Shown piece after piece: positions 40,514 to 53,427 of a DNA stretch of 64,000 nt; positions within the stretch are counted from its first letter, which is position 1; every line of letters starts with the position of its first letter. Below the pieces are notes generated by a model that had not been told where the DNA came from, did not search any database, and saw only the letters and a program-made list of their open reading frames with translations. The stretch lies in the NCBI GenBank assembly GCA_951406725.2, contig OX597817.1:150288001-150352000 (forward strand), given 5' to 3'. The DNA is from Octopus vulgaris. Its lineage: Eukaryota. A program made the translations under genes and the position numbers.

Positions 40514-40944
40514 ATTTCTGTTTTGTTGTTGATAAAATGTAACGTTTTTTTATTCTGCGAATAAAAAAAAATTTAAACATTCAACGAAGTATTTACTCTG
40601 CGGTTAAAAAAACAGAGCAATGTATTTACCAACGATGTATGTGGCATGACGATGAATTTATCGACGACGTATTTGGTTCGCAATGAAATTACAGGCGACA
40701 TCTCTTCCTGCGATGAATTTACCAGATACCGTTACAAAGTAATGAAGGCAAACTTAATTAAATATAAATAAGTAAATTTAACATAAGAAGAATTAATATA
40801 TATTTCTTTACTACCCACAAGGGGCTAAACACAGAGGGGACAAACAAGGACAGACAAAGGGATTAAGTCGATTACATCGACCCCAGTGTGTAACTGGTAC
40901 TTAATTTGTCGACCCCGAAAGGATGAAAGGCAAAGTCGACCTCG

Positions 40945-41900
40945 ATAGGTGCAGGCATGGTTGTGTGATTAAGAAATTCGTTTTGTAGCCACGTGGTCTT
41001 GGGTTCAGTCCCACTGCGAGGTACTTTGGGGAAGTATCCTCTTCTATAGTCCCGGGCACTAAATTTTTTCCCACGAGAGTTCCGGACCCCAGTAATGAAC
41101 GCATTTGCATACAGCCAATGAGAGCTCATCTTCACCATGTCAAGTTAACAAACACACTCTGTCAAGCAAACTCAAGACGAAGAACGGTGTTTTAAGTCGA
41201 CCGATCGCCAAGTTATGCCTAATTTTAGGAGACAAGTAATTTGATTAGATTTGCATCTATACATATTACCGGATTTTATTAGGGCCCCATGTGGTAAAGA
41301 TGTGGATGGGAAGAACATGGATAGAGGGTGATGTGCTCGCAACTTACTGTTTTACAAGGTAAACAACAATACAAATAACTACGTAGAGGCAGCCATGGTT
41401 CAAACAAGAACAAAAACAAGAACAACAAGCATTATTAAAAGAGAAAAGAAGCATGGTCATTCCTTATCCAAGTGACCTTATCTTATTGCCCATCACTTGT
41501 TGTGCGCTCATAAATTAGTTTGATAGTTGAGCTCTGATTTGCTCTATGCAAATGAGTTCATAGCTGAGGCCCGGAACTCTCGTGGGAAAAAGATTTCACG
41601 CCCCGGACCGACTAATGCCTTGTGAGTGAATTTGGAAGGCAGAAACTGTGTAGAATTCCATTGTATACGTATAAGTATGTGAATGAATGTGTGTGATTTT
41701 GTGTCTGTGTTTATCCCTACACCTGCCACATGAAAACCGATGTTTGTTTATATCCCCGTTATTTAGTTCGACAAAAAGACCGATAAAATATGTACCAGAC
41801 TCAAAAGTGATTCCTGGGGTGTCGATTTGTTTGACTAAAACCCTCCAAGGCAGTGTTCCAGTATGGCCGCAGTCAATTACTAAAAACAAATAAAAGATAC
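40945..41900 (+). mobile_element. SINE family A split by a TIR element
   Basis: The SINE stops at ...tatagtcccgg and resumes at ccggaccgac... Confidence 0.8.
41056..41602. mobile_element. TIR element (~75-bp TIRs, CCGG flanks), copy 1
   Basis: ttcccacgagagttccgg...atttgcatacagccaat..gagctca with its inverse at 41528-41602; ccgg on both sides. Confidence 0.82.
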
Positions 41901-42589
41901 AATAAAAAAAAATGACTCGCTAGCTTAGGAAAGAAAAGTCTTAGTATGTGACTGAGTAACAATTGTACACACCTAGCTCCTGACGTCCCCACACGGATTA
42001 GCGGTGAGCGGTTCGTTGGTTTATTAGTGGGATAATTTGACAGCGAAATATTTTCACGGGCGTATATTTGTCATTTGCTTTATTACTTCTTGCATACAAA
42101 TTTACAATGTAATATAGTCATCTCCATCAAATTGTATTGTTTCTCCCGGTAACAAAACATTTTAATATACAAAACTGTTTTTGCAAGGAAAGGGATTACG
42201 AAAACAGGATAAATTGACCTTGAATTCTTTATTTTATCATAGTATTATTTACTTAGTTGTTTATTTTTCTGACCGCATTATTTTCAACTATTTAAGTTAA
42301 CAATTAAGAATTCTATTATTTATCCTTGGAACAAAGCTTTTAACTATAACACAGATGATGGACGATTACGATTACTCTTCTCTTTCACTCGACATTTCAT
42401 CCTTCAAATTGTGAAAACATTCATTGCAAGCAATAACAATGACCGGACATATTTTCTCTGATTCTGCCGTATAACAAGAGAAGTAATAACGAAACAAGAA
42501 GAGATTTTAAAACTCTAGCATGATAGTTTTGTGCATGATGTATTTTATGAGAAAAATTGTTTGATTTTTGGTTTCGGACATGAAATTCA

Positions 42590-44640
42590 TAGTTTCCAAC
42601 GTTTAGAGGTAAAAGGTGTATTGTTCTTTAGTTTCCTTAAATGCGACGCCCCATGGTGGCAAAAATGTCGGACACCGATAGATGATTAAGAAAGTAGCCA
42701 GTGTACTGAAATGGTGGATCACAGATTAACCCAGAATATATCACAGAATGTTGCAATGTCCGTGGAAGCAATCACCCAGGCGACACTAACATAGAAGGCT
42801 CCATAGAGTTTGCATGTGATTCTATATATGGTGTTGGCGGATGTGTAACTGAGGTTTTGTGTAATTTACACTAGAATTTGGGGCCGGTGATAGTTGTGGC
42901 GTTATTAATTCAGGGAGCAGATGTGACATCTAGGGCTGAATTTGAAAGTATTTGTTTTGGAGTAGATAGGGGATAGGTGGATAGGGAGCTTCTAACAAAA
43001 ATGATACAGAGATCCTTTTCTCTTTTGAAAGAGAGTTTGGTTCGGGAAAGATCGGAGCAGCTGTGAGATCAGGGGATGCAAATTAGAAATTGCTAAGTAG
43101 TATGCGGAAGGGTTGCCGGCTGGCGAAATTTTTTTCCCACGAGAGTTCCGGAACCCAGTAATGAACTCATTTGCATACAGCCAATCAGAGCTCACCTTGA
43201 AAATCCACTTACTGTGTACTACTACAGTACAATCAGTCAGGCATAGAATGGTGTATGCCACTCTGTGAGTACAGCATAGCAGGTCTCACATAAGCACGAC
43301 ATCCCCCCATCATCCTCATAGATCAATTGAGCACCATCTCTATACGCAACTAACATTAGGTAACTATGCTCAGACTGAGATTAGTGATACTGCATGTACC
43401 CAAGGAGGGCGCAATATGACACAACGCCATATTGATAACGATGTTTCCAGATCAACACCAACATTTTAAATTAGGAATGTACAAAATCAGTCAAAAAATT
43501 AGGAAACTACACTCATTTACATTTTCTAGTAAATTACGCAAATTGGCAACACTTCTGGCATCATCGGTGAGCAGCTCTCCATTCAACTTTATACACTAAA
43601 TTTCACATTTGTCTCCCCTATTAACCCGTTTAGAACAGTTAGATTTTGCTATAACACACATTATCCACTGAACTCAGCCAAAGTATTTTTTGTGACTAGG
43701 TGGACGCTAGTTTGATAGTTGAGCTCTGATTGGCTGTATGCAAATGAGTTCATAACTGGGGTCCGGAACTCTCGTAGGGAAAAATTTCGCGGCCGGCTGG
43801 GGGATGAAGGAGAGAAGGATCCGATTTGTGGGTATGCGTGAAAAAAATCAGAAAATCATCGGACTTTCGACAGCATCGGTCCGAGAGGGTAAAATCTTCA
43901 GCCAATAGAGGATACTGTCGGCTGAAGAAGTGACGCATTTCTTTAGATTTAGAGCTAGAAGTTCGAATCGATGCTGTACAGTGAGAGGAATGAGAAAGTA
44001 CATTTGGAGTGTAATGAGAAATAGTGGAGGTAGTCGTGAGAGTTAGTGAGTTTGTAGTGGAGAGAGAGGACAGGTGGAAATTGTAGATCGTGACAGTGAT
44101 ATCAAGGAAGCAAATGGAGGTATTTGATATGGTACAAGTGAATTTTAAGAAAGAGTGGAATCTACCGACATGTTGATTGTTGTGGCGTGAATGAGGTTTA
44201 TGTAATTCAGACCCATCTTAGTACCCATAGCGATCTCTCTCAAATGTTGATAAAACTCGTCAGGAAAGAAGAGGCAATTAACAGTGAGGACGAGAGAAAT
44301 CGGGTGGTGAAGGTTAGTGGTATTGAGTAGGAGAAGGGAGCTGCATATGAGAATGGGCTATAAAAAAAGATAGGTCGTCGCTGTGGGGAAGACTTTGTTG
44401 AATGATTTGACGTTCGTAGTAAATAGAATTTAGGAATGTCTAGAGGGAATAGCAAACCAGTTAAAGGGGTTCAGAGCATGGTTGGTGCCCTTAATATGTG
44501 TTAGTAAGGCAGAGATAAGGAGTTATAGCAGTTTATTGAGGAACATGGAGAAAGGTTGGGTGAGACAGTCCCTGGCAAAGACAATAGGACAATTGTGGAT
44601 TGTCGACTTTAAGGATTCTAGAGATGAAATAACGGAGGTA
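42590..44640 (-). mobile_element. Decayed Penelope-like element (RT plus GIY-YIG endonuclease)
   Basis: Minus-strand remnants PKFYLL, DVKSF, FYQH..IAMGTKMG, KFTCTISNTSICFLDI, EMRHFF..YP, PRCHIC..ITGP..TSANTIYRITC...RLGDCF, in PLE order with many stops. Confidence 0.8.
43120..43792. mobile_element. TIR element (same TIRs, CCGG flanks), copy 2, inserted in the Penelope relic
   Basis: ccgg|ctggcgaaatttttttcccacgagagttccgg ... ccggaactctcgtagggaaaaatttcgcgg|ccgg. Confidence 0.85.
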
Positions 44641-44937
44641 CACTCATTTACTACGTATGTGAGTCCATGTTTATGTCCTGTAACTTAGCTATTCGTCAAA
44701 GTGTTCAATAAGTGAAAAATGTAGTGGAGCCGATATGATCAATTAAAATCAGCATGGCCGCAGACCAGAGGCTGAAACTATTTGCTATAAAAGGTTATGG
44801 GACTCTATTGTAGATAAAGAAAAAAATAACAACCAAAGTTTCTAAAACTGCTGTAATGTTTAAACTAATTCGACATAAATCTGTTTTTCCAAATATTTAT
44901 TCTGATGAGTAATAGTGGTAAATATGATTTTAAGAAA

Positions 44938-44971
<34 letters not shown>

Positions 44972-45954
44972 GGAACACGCAAGATGAAGAAAACTCAGTG
45001 ATTGTACATGTTAGTGATAACAATTAACAGAGCTTCAGAATTTTTCAAACAACTGAACTTCACATTTAAAATTAAGAATAGTTTTGTCTTGTGCTATACA
45101 AAGAATCATACGCACAAGAGTTGTTTTGAAGAATTTGGAAGTAAACATTTTCCTAAAACTAACATACACGTAATACAATCCAAGAGTTTGTAGGTGTCAA
45201 TAAGCTTCGTTACCGTGCATATATTTGGCGTATTTATATTTTATTTTAAGGAAACTGTTAAGTTGTTATGATAATTTATTGTTATAACCAGCAAACGTAA
45301 GCTGTTCGTTATAATACCAACGTAGCATAACTGTTTTTCCATTCACCTTGCTGTGGCTCCTGGTTTTCATCAGTCGTTATTTTGCAGACGATAGACAGCT
45401 TTTTGACGTCATCAGTGAATGTAAATAGTTTTCTTTATTAAAAGAATTTCGTTTGCTTTTTCTGACATTCTTCCGCTTACCTTCCTTACTATTCAGTTCT
45501 TTTCCATCCATGTCTGAGAGCATTCTTAACTTTGACGCAAATATGCTTGCAGGAATAAATAAACATGGGTGTTATTTTGGCATAGAAGTTGCGAATTATA
45601 TTTACTAAATTCATTGTTGCTCATGCGGCAATGGAAATGGGTTTGGGAAACTAGGGGTACACCAGGGTCCCAGAGGTTGAAATTGGGAAGACGGAGAAAG
45701 AGGTAAGACGCTGTTAGAACCCCTCCTCTGTGGGCTGAAAAGTAGGAAAGCACCATCCCCTTGCGCAACCCACCGCATTTCCATCACTTGTTTTATTATT
45801 TATACTTATTCAGTTTCATTAAGGGAAAAACGAACTGAATGGAAAACTAAATGACGACGAGAATTAATTTGTTACGATACCAGACTAGCTGTCCCCGAAA
45901 AACAGCTGCTGGAGGTCCTAGATGATGACATTTCTTTTCATGATTATCATCATC

Positions 45955-46188
45955 TATTTCTTTACTACCCACAAGGGGCTAGACACAGAGGGGACAAACA
46001 AGGACAGACAAACGGATTAAGTCGATTGTATCGACCCCAGTGCGTAACTGGTTCTTAATTTATCGACCCCGAAAGGATGAAAGGCAAAGTCGACCTCGGC
46101 GGAATTTTGAACTCAGAACGTAACGGCAGACGAAATATCGCTAAACATTTCGCCCGGCGTGCTAACGTTTCTACCAGCTCGCCGCCTT
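45955..46188 (-). mobile_element. SINE family B with 15-bp TSD; further copies at 46222-46620(+)
   Basis: atgattatcatcatc on both flanks. Confidence 0.9.
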
Positions 46189-47178
46189 AATGATTATCAT
46201 CATCGTTGTTTTTATTGTTATAAGGCAGCGAGCTGGTCAAATCGTTACTGAGTCGTTACGTTCTGAGTTCAAATTCCGCCGAAGTCGACTTTGCCTTTTA
46301 TCCTTTCGGGGTCGATAAATTAAGTACCAATGAAACACTGGGGTCGATGTAATCAACTAGTCCCTTCCCATCAAATTTCAGGTCTTGTGCCTTTAGTAAA
46401 AAGGATTATTATTATTATTATTATTATTATAAGGCAGTGAAAGGCAGAGCAGCCAGAATAGTTAGCGCGTCGGACAAAATGCTTAAAAGCGTTTCTTCCG
46501 GCTCTTTACATTCTGAATTCATATATCGCCGAAATTAACATTACCTTTCATCCCTCTACAATCTATGGCGTCAACTAACTCTCACACCACAAAATTGCTG
46601 GCCTTGTGCATAAATTATTATTGTATAGGCGCAAGTTTGGTTGTGCGGTTAAGGAATTTACTTCCTGACCACATGGTTTCGCGTTCAATCCGACTGCAAG
46701 GCATCTAGGGCGAGTGTTTTCTACTATAGCTCCGGGCCGATCAAAGACTTTTAAGTAGATTTAGCAGACAGAAACTGAAATAATACGTACGTATGTATAC
46801 CTGTGAGTGTGTGTGAATGTTTGCGCCATTTTGTCATGCATCGCGTGATAGTTGTAAAAGAGTGCCGCCCATTTTCAATATTCTTCGAAAACATGCCCAG
46901 CCACATGTCTAGAGATATCAACTTGCTTGGAAACAAGCGAGGGTTGATAACATAAAGAACATGTGATGGCTTTTGGTTGATAAGGAATGAGCATATCCGT
47001 CCTTTTATTTTTTACCCCCTGTTTTCTGTATGTTCCTTCTTCGACCTTATGTATGATATATTATATTACATAACACACACACATACATACTTGACAATTA
47101 CAGAAAAACAAAAGACGAAGACTGGTGTATGAACAACAAGTAGGTGTATTAGTTTGGCGCTCGGGAAAGTGAGTAAGT

Positions 47179-47214
47179 CTTTTACGTTTCGAACCTACGC
47201 TCTTAGACAGAAAG
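47179..47214 (-). ncRNA. Degenerate minimal hammerhead-like motif
   Basis: CUUU-CUGUCUA-agagc gua gguuc-GAAACGUA/AAAG. Stem I and the GAAACGUA half are intact; CUGAnGA is mutated. Confidence 0.4.
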
Positions 47215-47330
47215 GAATAAAAGAGAATAAACAGAGAGAGAATTAAAAAAAAACTTTGTATGTATGTAGTATGTATATATGTATGTATGTGTGTGTATAT
47301 ATATATATATGTGTGTGTGTGTATGTGTGT

Positions 47331-47401
<71 letters not shown>

Positions 47402-48233
47402 TGTGTGTATGTGTTATAAAGATATATCATTGTTTTATATGTATGTACGTTATGTTGTATTATAAATTTATAAATAAATTATTTGCTCCATCAGGAAACA
47501 AAATTATTTTCCCGACAAAGTTCAGTGCGTTTGTATTTCCACAGAAGATGCAATTAGTTTGCTGATGAGCAAGATATACTTTTTGTTATAAAGGTAACTA
47601 AAGCATACAGACGAGTACAGACTACACTGTATTACTAGTTAAATCAATAACAATGAATCATTGTTTGAATAAAGAAAATGAATAATTTATATGTAGTCAA
47701 TAAAAAAATATGAACCAGTTTGAAATCCAAAGGAAATTAGAATAATAAATATTTGAATATCATTTGAAAAGCAAACTTTAAAATAAAACCGTAAGTTGTA
47801 GATAACGATGTTGCACACATCAGATACATTGTTTTTAGCATCGTTATTACGCCTGTCGTATCGAGCGTCCATATTTACTTCAGCTAATAATTTCAGATCA
47901 TTACCTGGACTATATGTGGGTGGTAGATTGACACATGAAAATAGAAAGTAGACAATACACATGAAAATATACATGAAAATAGAGCACTAAGCTAAATGTT
48001 TAGTAAGTTAACTTAATACAAGAATCAGCAGAAATCCAAGAGATGTTCACAGTTAATATTATTGGGTGCAAAGAAGGCAAAACAGTCACAAAGTAAAATT
48101 TGAGTGAAAATATAACGTTTCTGATATAGATCCTGATGGGTGTCTAATTGCAACACCAGTGATTACTCACTCAATGTTTTCCTATATCAACAGCGACGGA
48201 TTTTATCCATAATAAATAGTTTCCACTGTGTAC

Positions 48234-48278
48234 ATGCAACTGACGAAGCCTAAGGAGATAGAAATGTGCATCTAGCAA
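48234..48278 (+). ncRNA. Degenerate minimal hammerhead-like motif
   Basis: augcaa-CUGACGA-agccuaaggagaua-GAAAUGUGCAUC/uagca. Core intact; stems I and II imperfect. Confidence 0.45.
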
Positions 48279-49461
48279 TGTCAGCATCCCTGCTGAACGA
48301 TCACCGTCTGTTACTGATATATTTTTGAGCTTTTAAACACAGCACGTCCATAAGTGATGTTATCTCCAGATGAGCACATTAGTAAATTTGCTTTTTCAGA
48401 TATATTTAGTAATACATGAAGTATGATACACTGATGATCACACACACACATATGATTCGACTGCAATATATTTTTACAGAATCTAATTTTTATCAAACTT
48501 GCAGGTGACTGAAAGGAAATCGGTGAAATTTGAAAATGAGAAGAATGAGAAATATGTGATGTCCTTGAGAAAGAGAAATAATCTTCACACATTTATCGTA
48601 GAACACTTCTCTTTTGCCAGTTAACCACTATTTGTGTCTAAGTGAGGGAGAGAGAGCGGTCTTGGCAACCAGTCAATCGTAGAAAAGGAAAGGGAGTGAG
48701 GATTAGCAGATTGATTCGCTCATTATTTACTTTTATCAACTTGGCTGATATTTAAACTCCAGACATCAGGCTGAAAGGTAAACACTGGGAATGTCTAATT
48801 CGATGCTGCTCCGTCTGTAACAGTTGGACATTACATGAGAGAGAAGAGCTGTGGAGGCTGATTGAACACAGAAAGATAGGAACTTTATGCTCTGTTTGGA
48901 CATGTACGAGAGAGAAGGGCATTTGAGGGTAAAATGCAATGGAACTCTGGTTAGACATATATTAAACAGAAGGGTATTTCAGGGTAGATTTAATTTAGAC
49001 GCAGTTGGACAACTATTAGAAAAAGGGCATTTCATACTCCGGATAGATACATATAAATCAGAAGGGCATCAGAGATTGTGCTCCACATGAACATACAAAG
49101 ACGTTAGAGAATAGATTTATGTACATGTTGGACATCTACGAGACATAGGGCATTGGAGGGTAGATCTAATGACCTCCTGTTAGACATATTAGAAGGTTTT
49201 TTTAATGCTGATTTCTAAAATAAAAGTACAATAACTGAGAGGACTATGGTGGCGTGCCACGAGAGAAATAACAGACAGACGCACCATAAACAGTGTTTCT
49301 ACTCAAGAAAAAATTCATAATATCCAGCCAGAAGTATTTCAGACATCGATCTTTGTACTTTCGTTAATAACATTAACAAACATAGGCTTATGAAGAAAAT
49401 TTGATCTTGAGGAAATTTAAACTTGAGGTCATTTTGTGTACATATATACATACACATATAT

Positions 49462-50170
49462 GCTCACTCCCTTTATCAAATCGACATTACCTGTACAGGT
49501 TCAAAGGATGCAAACATATCAAATGACGAAATGCTCACAAGAGCAACGTCAAATGAAGTGCTTTGCTCAAGAACACAACATAACGCCCTGTCTGAGGATC
49601 GAACCCACGATCTCGCAATCGTGAGTGGAACACCCAAACCACTAAGCTATGCACCTTCACAAACACACACACGCATATATATATATATATATATAAACAT
49701 ATACCTATATATATATACACACACATATATATACATATATACACATATATGTATGTATATGTGTGTGTGTGTATGTATATGTTTATATATATATACGCGT
49801 GTGTATATGTATAGGTATATGTTTATAAATATATATATATATGTATGTATGTGTGTGTGTGTGTGTGTGTTCGTGAAGGCGCATAGCTTAGTGGTTTGGG
49901 TGTTCCACTCACGATTGCAAGATCGTGGGTTCGATTCCCAGACAAGGCATTGTGTTGTGTTCTTGAGCAAAGCACTTCATTTGACGTTGTTCTGTGAGCA
50001 TTTCGTCATTTGATATGTTGGCATCCATTGCACCTGTACAGGTAATGTCGATTTGATGGAGGGAGTGAGCTTATGTCCACAAAAACATTAATTTGATCAC
50101 TATAAACAAATCCTCTGTGTGTTTGTTCAGTAAGAAATTGTCGAACCCTCATACGTCGTTTAACGACGGG
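49462..50170. mobile_element. Head-to-head inverted pair of tRNA-derived SINEs (family E)
   Basis: 49462-49670 is a reverse complement of 49862-50070, with a microsatellite spacer; A/B boxes tagcttagtgg and ggttcgattcc. Confidence 0.88.
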
Positions 50171-50177
50171 AGAGTCC

Positions 50178-50210
<33 letters not shown>

Positions 50211-52219
50211 CGGTAGAGATAGATTAGTAGACAATATTATAAAATGTCGGAGTCAGCAATTGTGACGATAAAAATTTGTTGTTATTATAATCGCATACTG
50301 TAGGATGTGAAAGATGAACAATGCGTAAAGTTTTAAGAAAGTGTTTATTTACCGTTACGCTACAAATACCTTGCCTCGACGAGCAGGTTATGATAAATCC
50401 AAAAGCATGCGAAGTAAAGTTTGTGTTTGTGTCCACTTCATTGTTTAGTAGTAAATAGAGAGAGATAGAATGATGTTGCAAGAGAACAGAACTAAAGCTA
50501 GTGAGAGTTGGAGGGTTGTGGGACGTTGACTCACAGTTGCTGACAGTAAACTTCATTTCTCCCTCTGACCAAGGTTCTAGCTGGTCAACTAGACTTCGTC
50601 GTCACCAAAGTGACTACTTGGTTGATTCGTCACCGACTAGTGACTAACTGATTTTTGCTTGGGGCGTGCTAGCTTATATGACTATCCAGAAGGATAGATA
50701 TATCATTGAGAGCAAAAGATTTAGTTGGTGGTCTTGTAAATTCTATTCTAGCTTTTGGTGAAGTAGAAGGGGTTAGAAAGGGTCAAGTGGTGAAGACATT
50801 ATTTCGGCCTAGCTAAAGGCATCTGGAAAATGTAAAAACTGCTGTCAGAGAAAACCCATTGTTCCATCGTGGGAAAAGTTCTGTAGCAGTGTTAATTTAA
50901 ATTTGCCTGTGGTGGATCGAATCCATTTCATGCTTGCAAAATCCACTACATCTCTATATATATTTCCCCATGGCCAATCATATTCTCGCAGAATACTGGA
51001 AATAACACTTATTTACAACTATCACACCATGTCAAGACAAGGCGACGTATATATTTATTTACACGATGGGCTTCTTACAGTTTCCATCTACCAAATTTAT
51101 TCGCAAAACTTTGGTTGACATGGAACAATAGTAGAAAACACTTTCCCAAGGTGCCATGCAGTGGGACTGAACCTGAGACTGTTTGGATGGGAGACGCCTA
51201 AATATCTACTTTTGTTATCTTCAGGGGTTCACTTTGATTATCAATTATTCAAACTTGTACTGGCCCAAATTCTTCGTAACTATTTTTCATTGTGTTAAAA
51301 CCTGCTCGAAGCACGTCTGGTTAAACTATACAAGTAATGTCCAATAACAGAGAAGCTCTTTCTTGCCTGCATAGATTGGCCTTCATTCTTAATTTATGAA
51401 AGTTATTTCTTTTTCTTTGAGAAAGTCGCTAACATTTGCCACTAGGTTTTAGTTTTCTTTCTTCAACTAAGAGGAAAATTTCACCTGAAAAGTATTTTTG
51501 CACTTGTCATTCAGTACATAACCTCAAACCACCACCTTATGGAACATATACTTTCTTTACAATTTCTTGCGGATAAAATCTCAGGCTTATATAGCATCCG
51601 GAGTTAAAACTTACATCTTAAAAGCCAAATTTACAGAAAGGATAAAAATACTAACAACTATGTCATCGTTTGGATTAATAAGTGGCGGAATAAATAGAGA
51701 AGAGATTAAGAAGATTCTCAAAAATTACATTTTAAACGATATTTTTTCACTTCACCAAATAAAATTTAGCTCTTAACTATTTTCATGATACTGAGGATGT
51801 CGATACAAAATTAACCTAGATTTACATTCTATAGTTTATGTTATACGTACCTGTTGCTGTGGAAATATTAATCGTTGTAATCAGAAATAGATTACACGAG
51901 ATGAACTCATACTTGCGTGAAGCAAACCAATTCTGACTGTAACTCGATATTTTTGCTTGCGTTATTCAACAAAAAACTGTAATAGTTGATGTTAACTATT
52001 CACACCTCCCGTCTTTAATCAGAACGGAACTATAACAGGACCATTATTGGACACTTGCTATGAAAATTGAAATTTAAGGACAGAAAAAAAAAAGAACAAA
52101 TATTTTTGTAAAGTCATATTTGACGTGTTCAAGTACATTCGGACGTGATAAGACATTCCGCTGGGGAAATAGTCAGGAGAGAAAAGTCTGCTTTTAGACA
52201 TGTGTGAAGATACATTTCT

Positions 52220-52314
52220 GGGCTGTGAACGACGCCATTGGATCGTAGAACACATGCGTTTCCGCGTTTTCTCGCTTCGTCAGCGACGAAAACCAACTCT
52301 GTCACTCATAGCCC
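52220..52314 (-). ncRNA. Extended type I hammerhead ribozyme
   Basis: Minus strand: gggcuaugagugac-agag-uugg-uuu-ucgucg-CUGACGA-a gcg agaaaa cgc g-GAA-ACGC au GUGU-U/cuacga-u-ccaa-uggc-gucguucacagccc. Long interrupted stem I. Confidence 0.7.
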
Positions 52315-53427
52315 GATGAGAATAAAATTATTCCTTTTAAAACAGCATATGGTAAGTACGTTGGTGTCTGTAAATCTTAGTCAAGCTTGAATTAAATAAA
52401 TGATGCTGCAGGAAGCAGCGTCCAATAAAAAAAATATTCGTGTACAGTCATGTTTGACACATTCAAGTGCATTCATATTTCAAAGAGATTAAAATTTCAA
52501 GGATGCTTTAGTTAGTACTATAAAACAATTACTACGTAATGGAAAAATAATTTTGGTTGCATCGACAACCAGTCCTTCCACACTCAAACAGTAACAATAT
52601 CAGCTATGTAATTGACACAATAGCTATTATTAAATAATTGACAGAGAGAGAAATCATGTGTATAAAATATAAACATATATTATTATTCATCACATGATGG
52701 ATTTCAACTTTTGTATGAATTCTTCAAGTTAGTAAAAATATTATAATAGGATTTCCTTTCTCAGTTGGACAGATTGTGATGAGTTAACAGTTATTTATCC
52801 AACACAACACATTGCCCGTCTACATCATTGCTAAGCTTCAGTACAAGAAAATGCTAGAATTAGCATCATGAGGATGCCGCTCGTGTTTATGTTGTCTCTT
52901 CCCGTTTCAAGATTTATTTTAAAGTTTTCTTCATATTCCTAGGTTCTTCCTATCTAGCTAGGCTGCGTAGGAAGGAAGTAAATATTATCAGCAGAAGGTG
53001 AAATAAAGAAATACAAAAGTAAGAACATAAACAATTGTATTACATGATTATATAACTAGACTAGCAGCAAGGAATTTGAATCATATTTAGAAAGTTCTAA
53101 CAGCTGCATATTTTTTTAACACGTCTTTCAGTTGATGCTAGATTCCTTTCCGGTTACAAACAAGCAAAGTTACCAGGTTTAAAATACTTCTGAGAAAAGG
53201 AGACAATAGAAAGAGCTTCTATATATCCATACATCATCCAGTCAGCAATTAAATAAAGTAATGCCAGTAATGAACTTAAACATTGTCGAGGAGGTGGAAT
53301 AAAATTAAATATACACACAAATTCTTCCATTTTTTTTCTTTTTATTGTTTCGTTTTCCTAAATTACATTGGCCGGGGAGGTGGGGAGGGCATGTAAACAG
53401 GAGAAATGGCACTCAAAACATAAGTAT

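Noticed and set aside
39350-40731. Possible decayed MULE transposase with a sub-repeated terminus at 40620-40731
   Set aside because: Protein motifs too eroded to support by eye; needs BLASTX.
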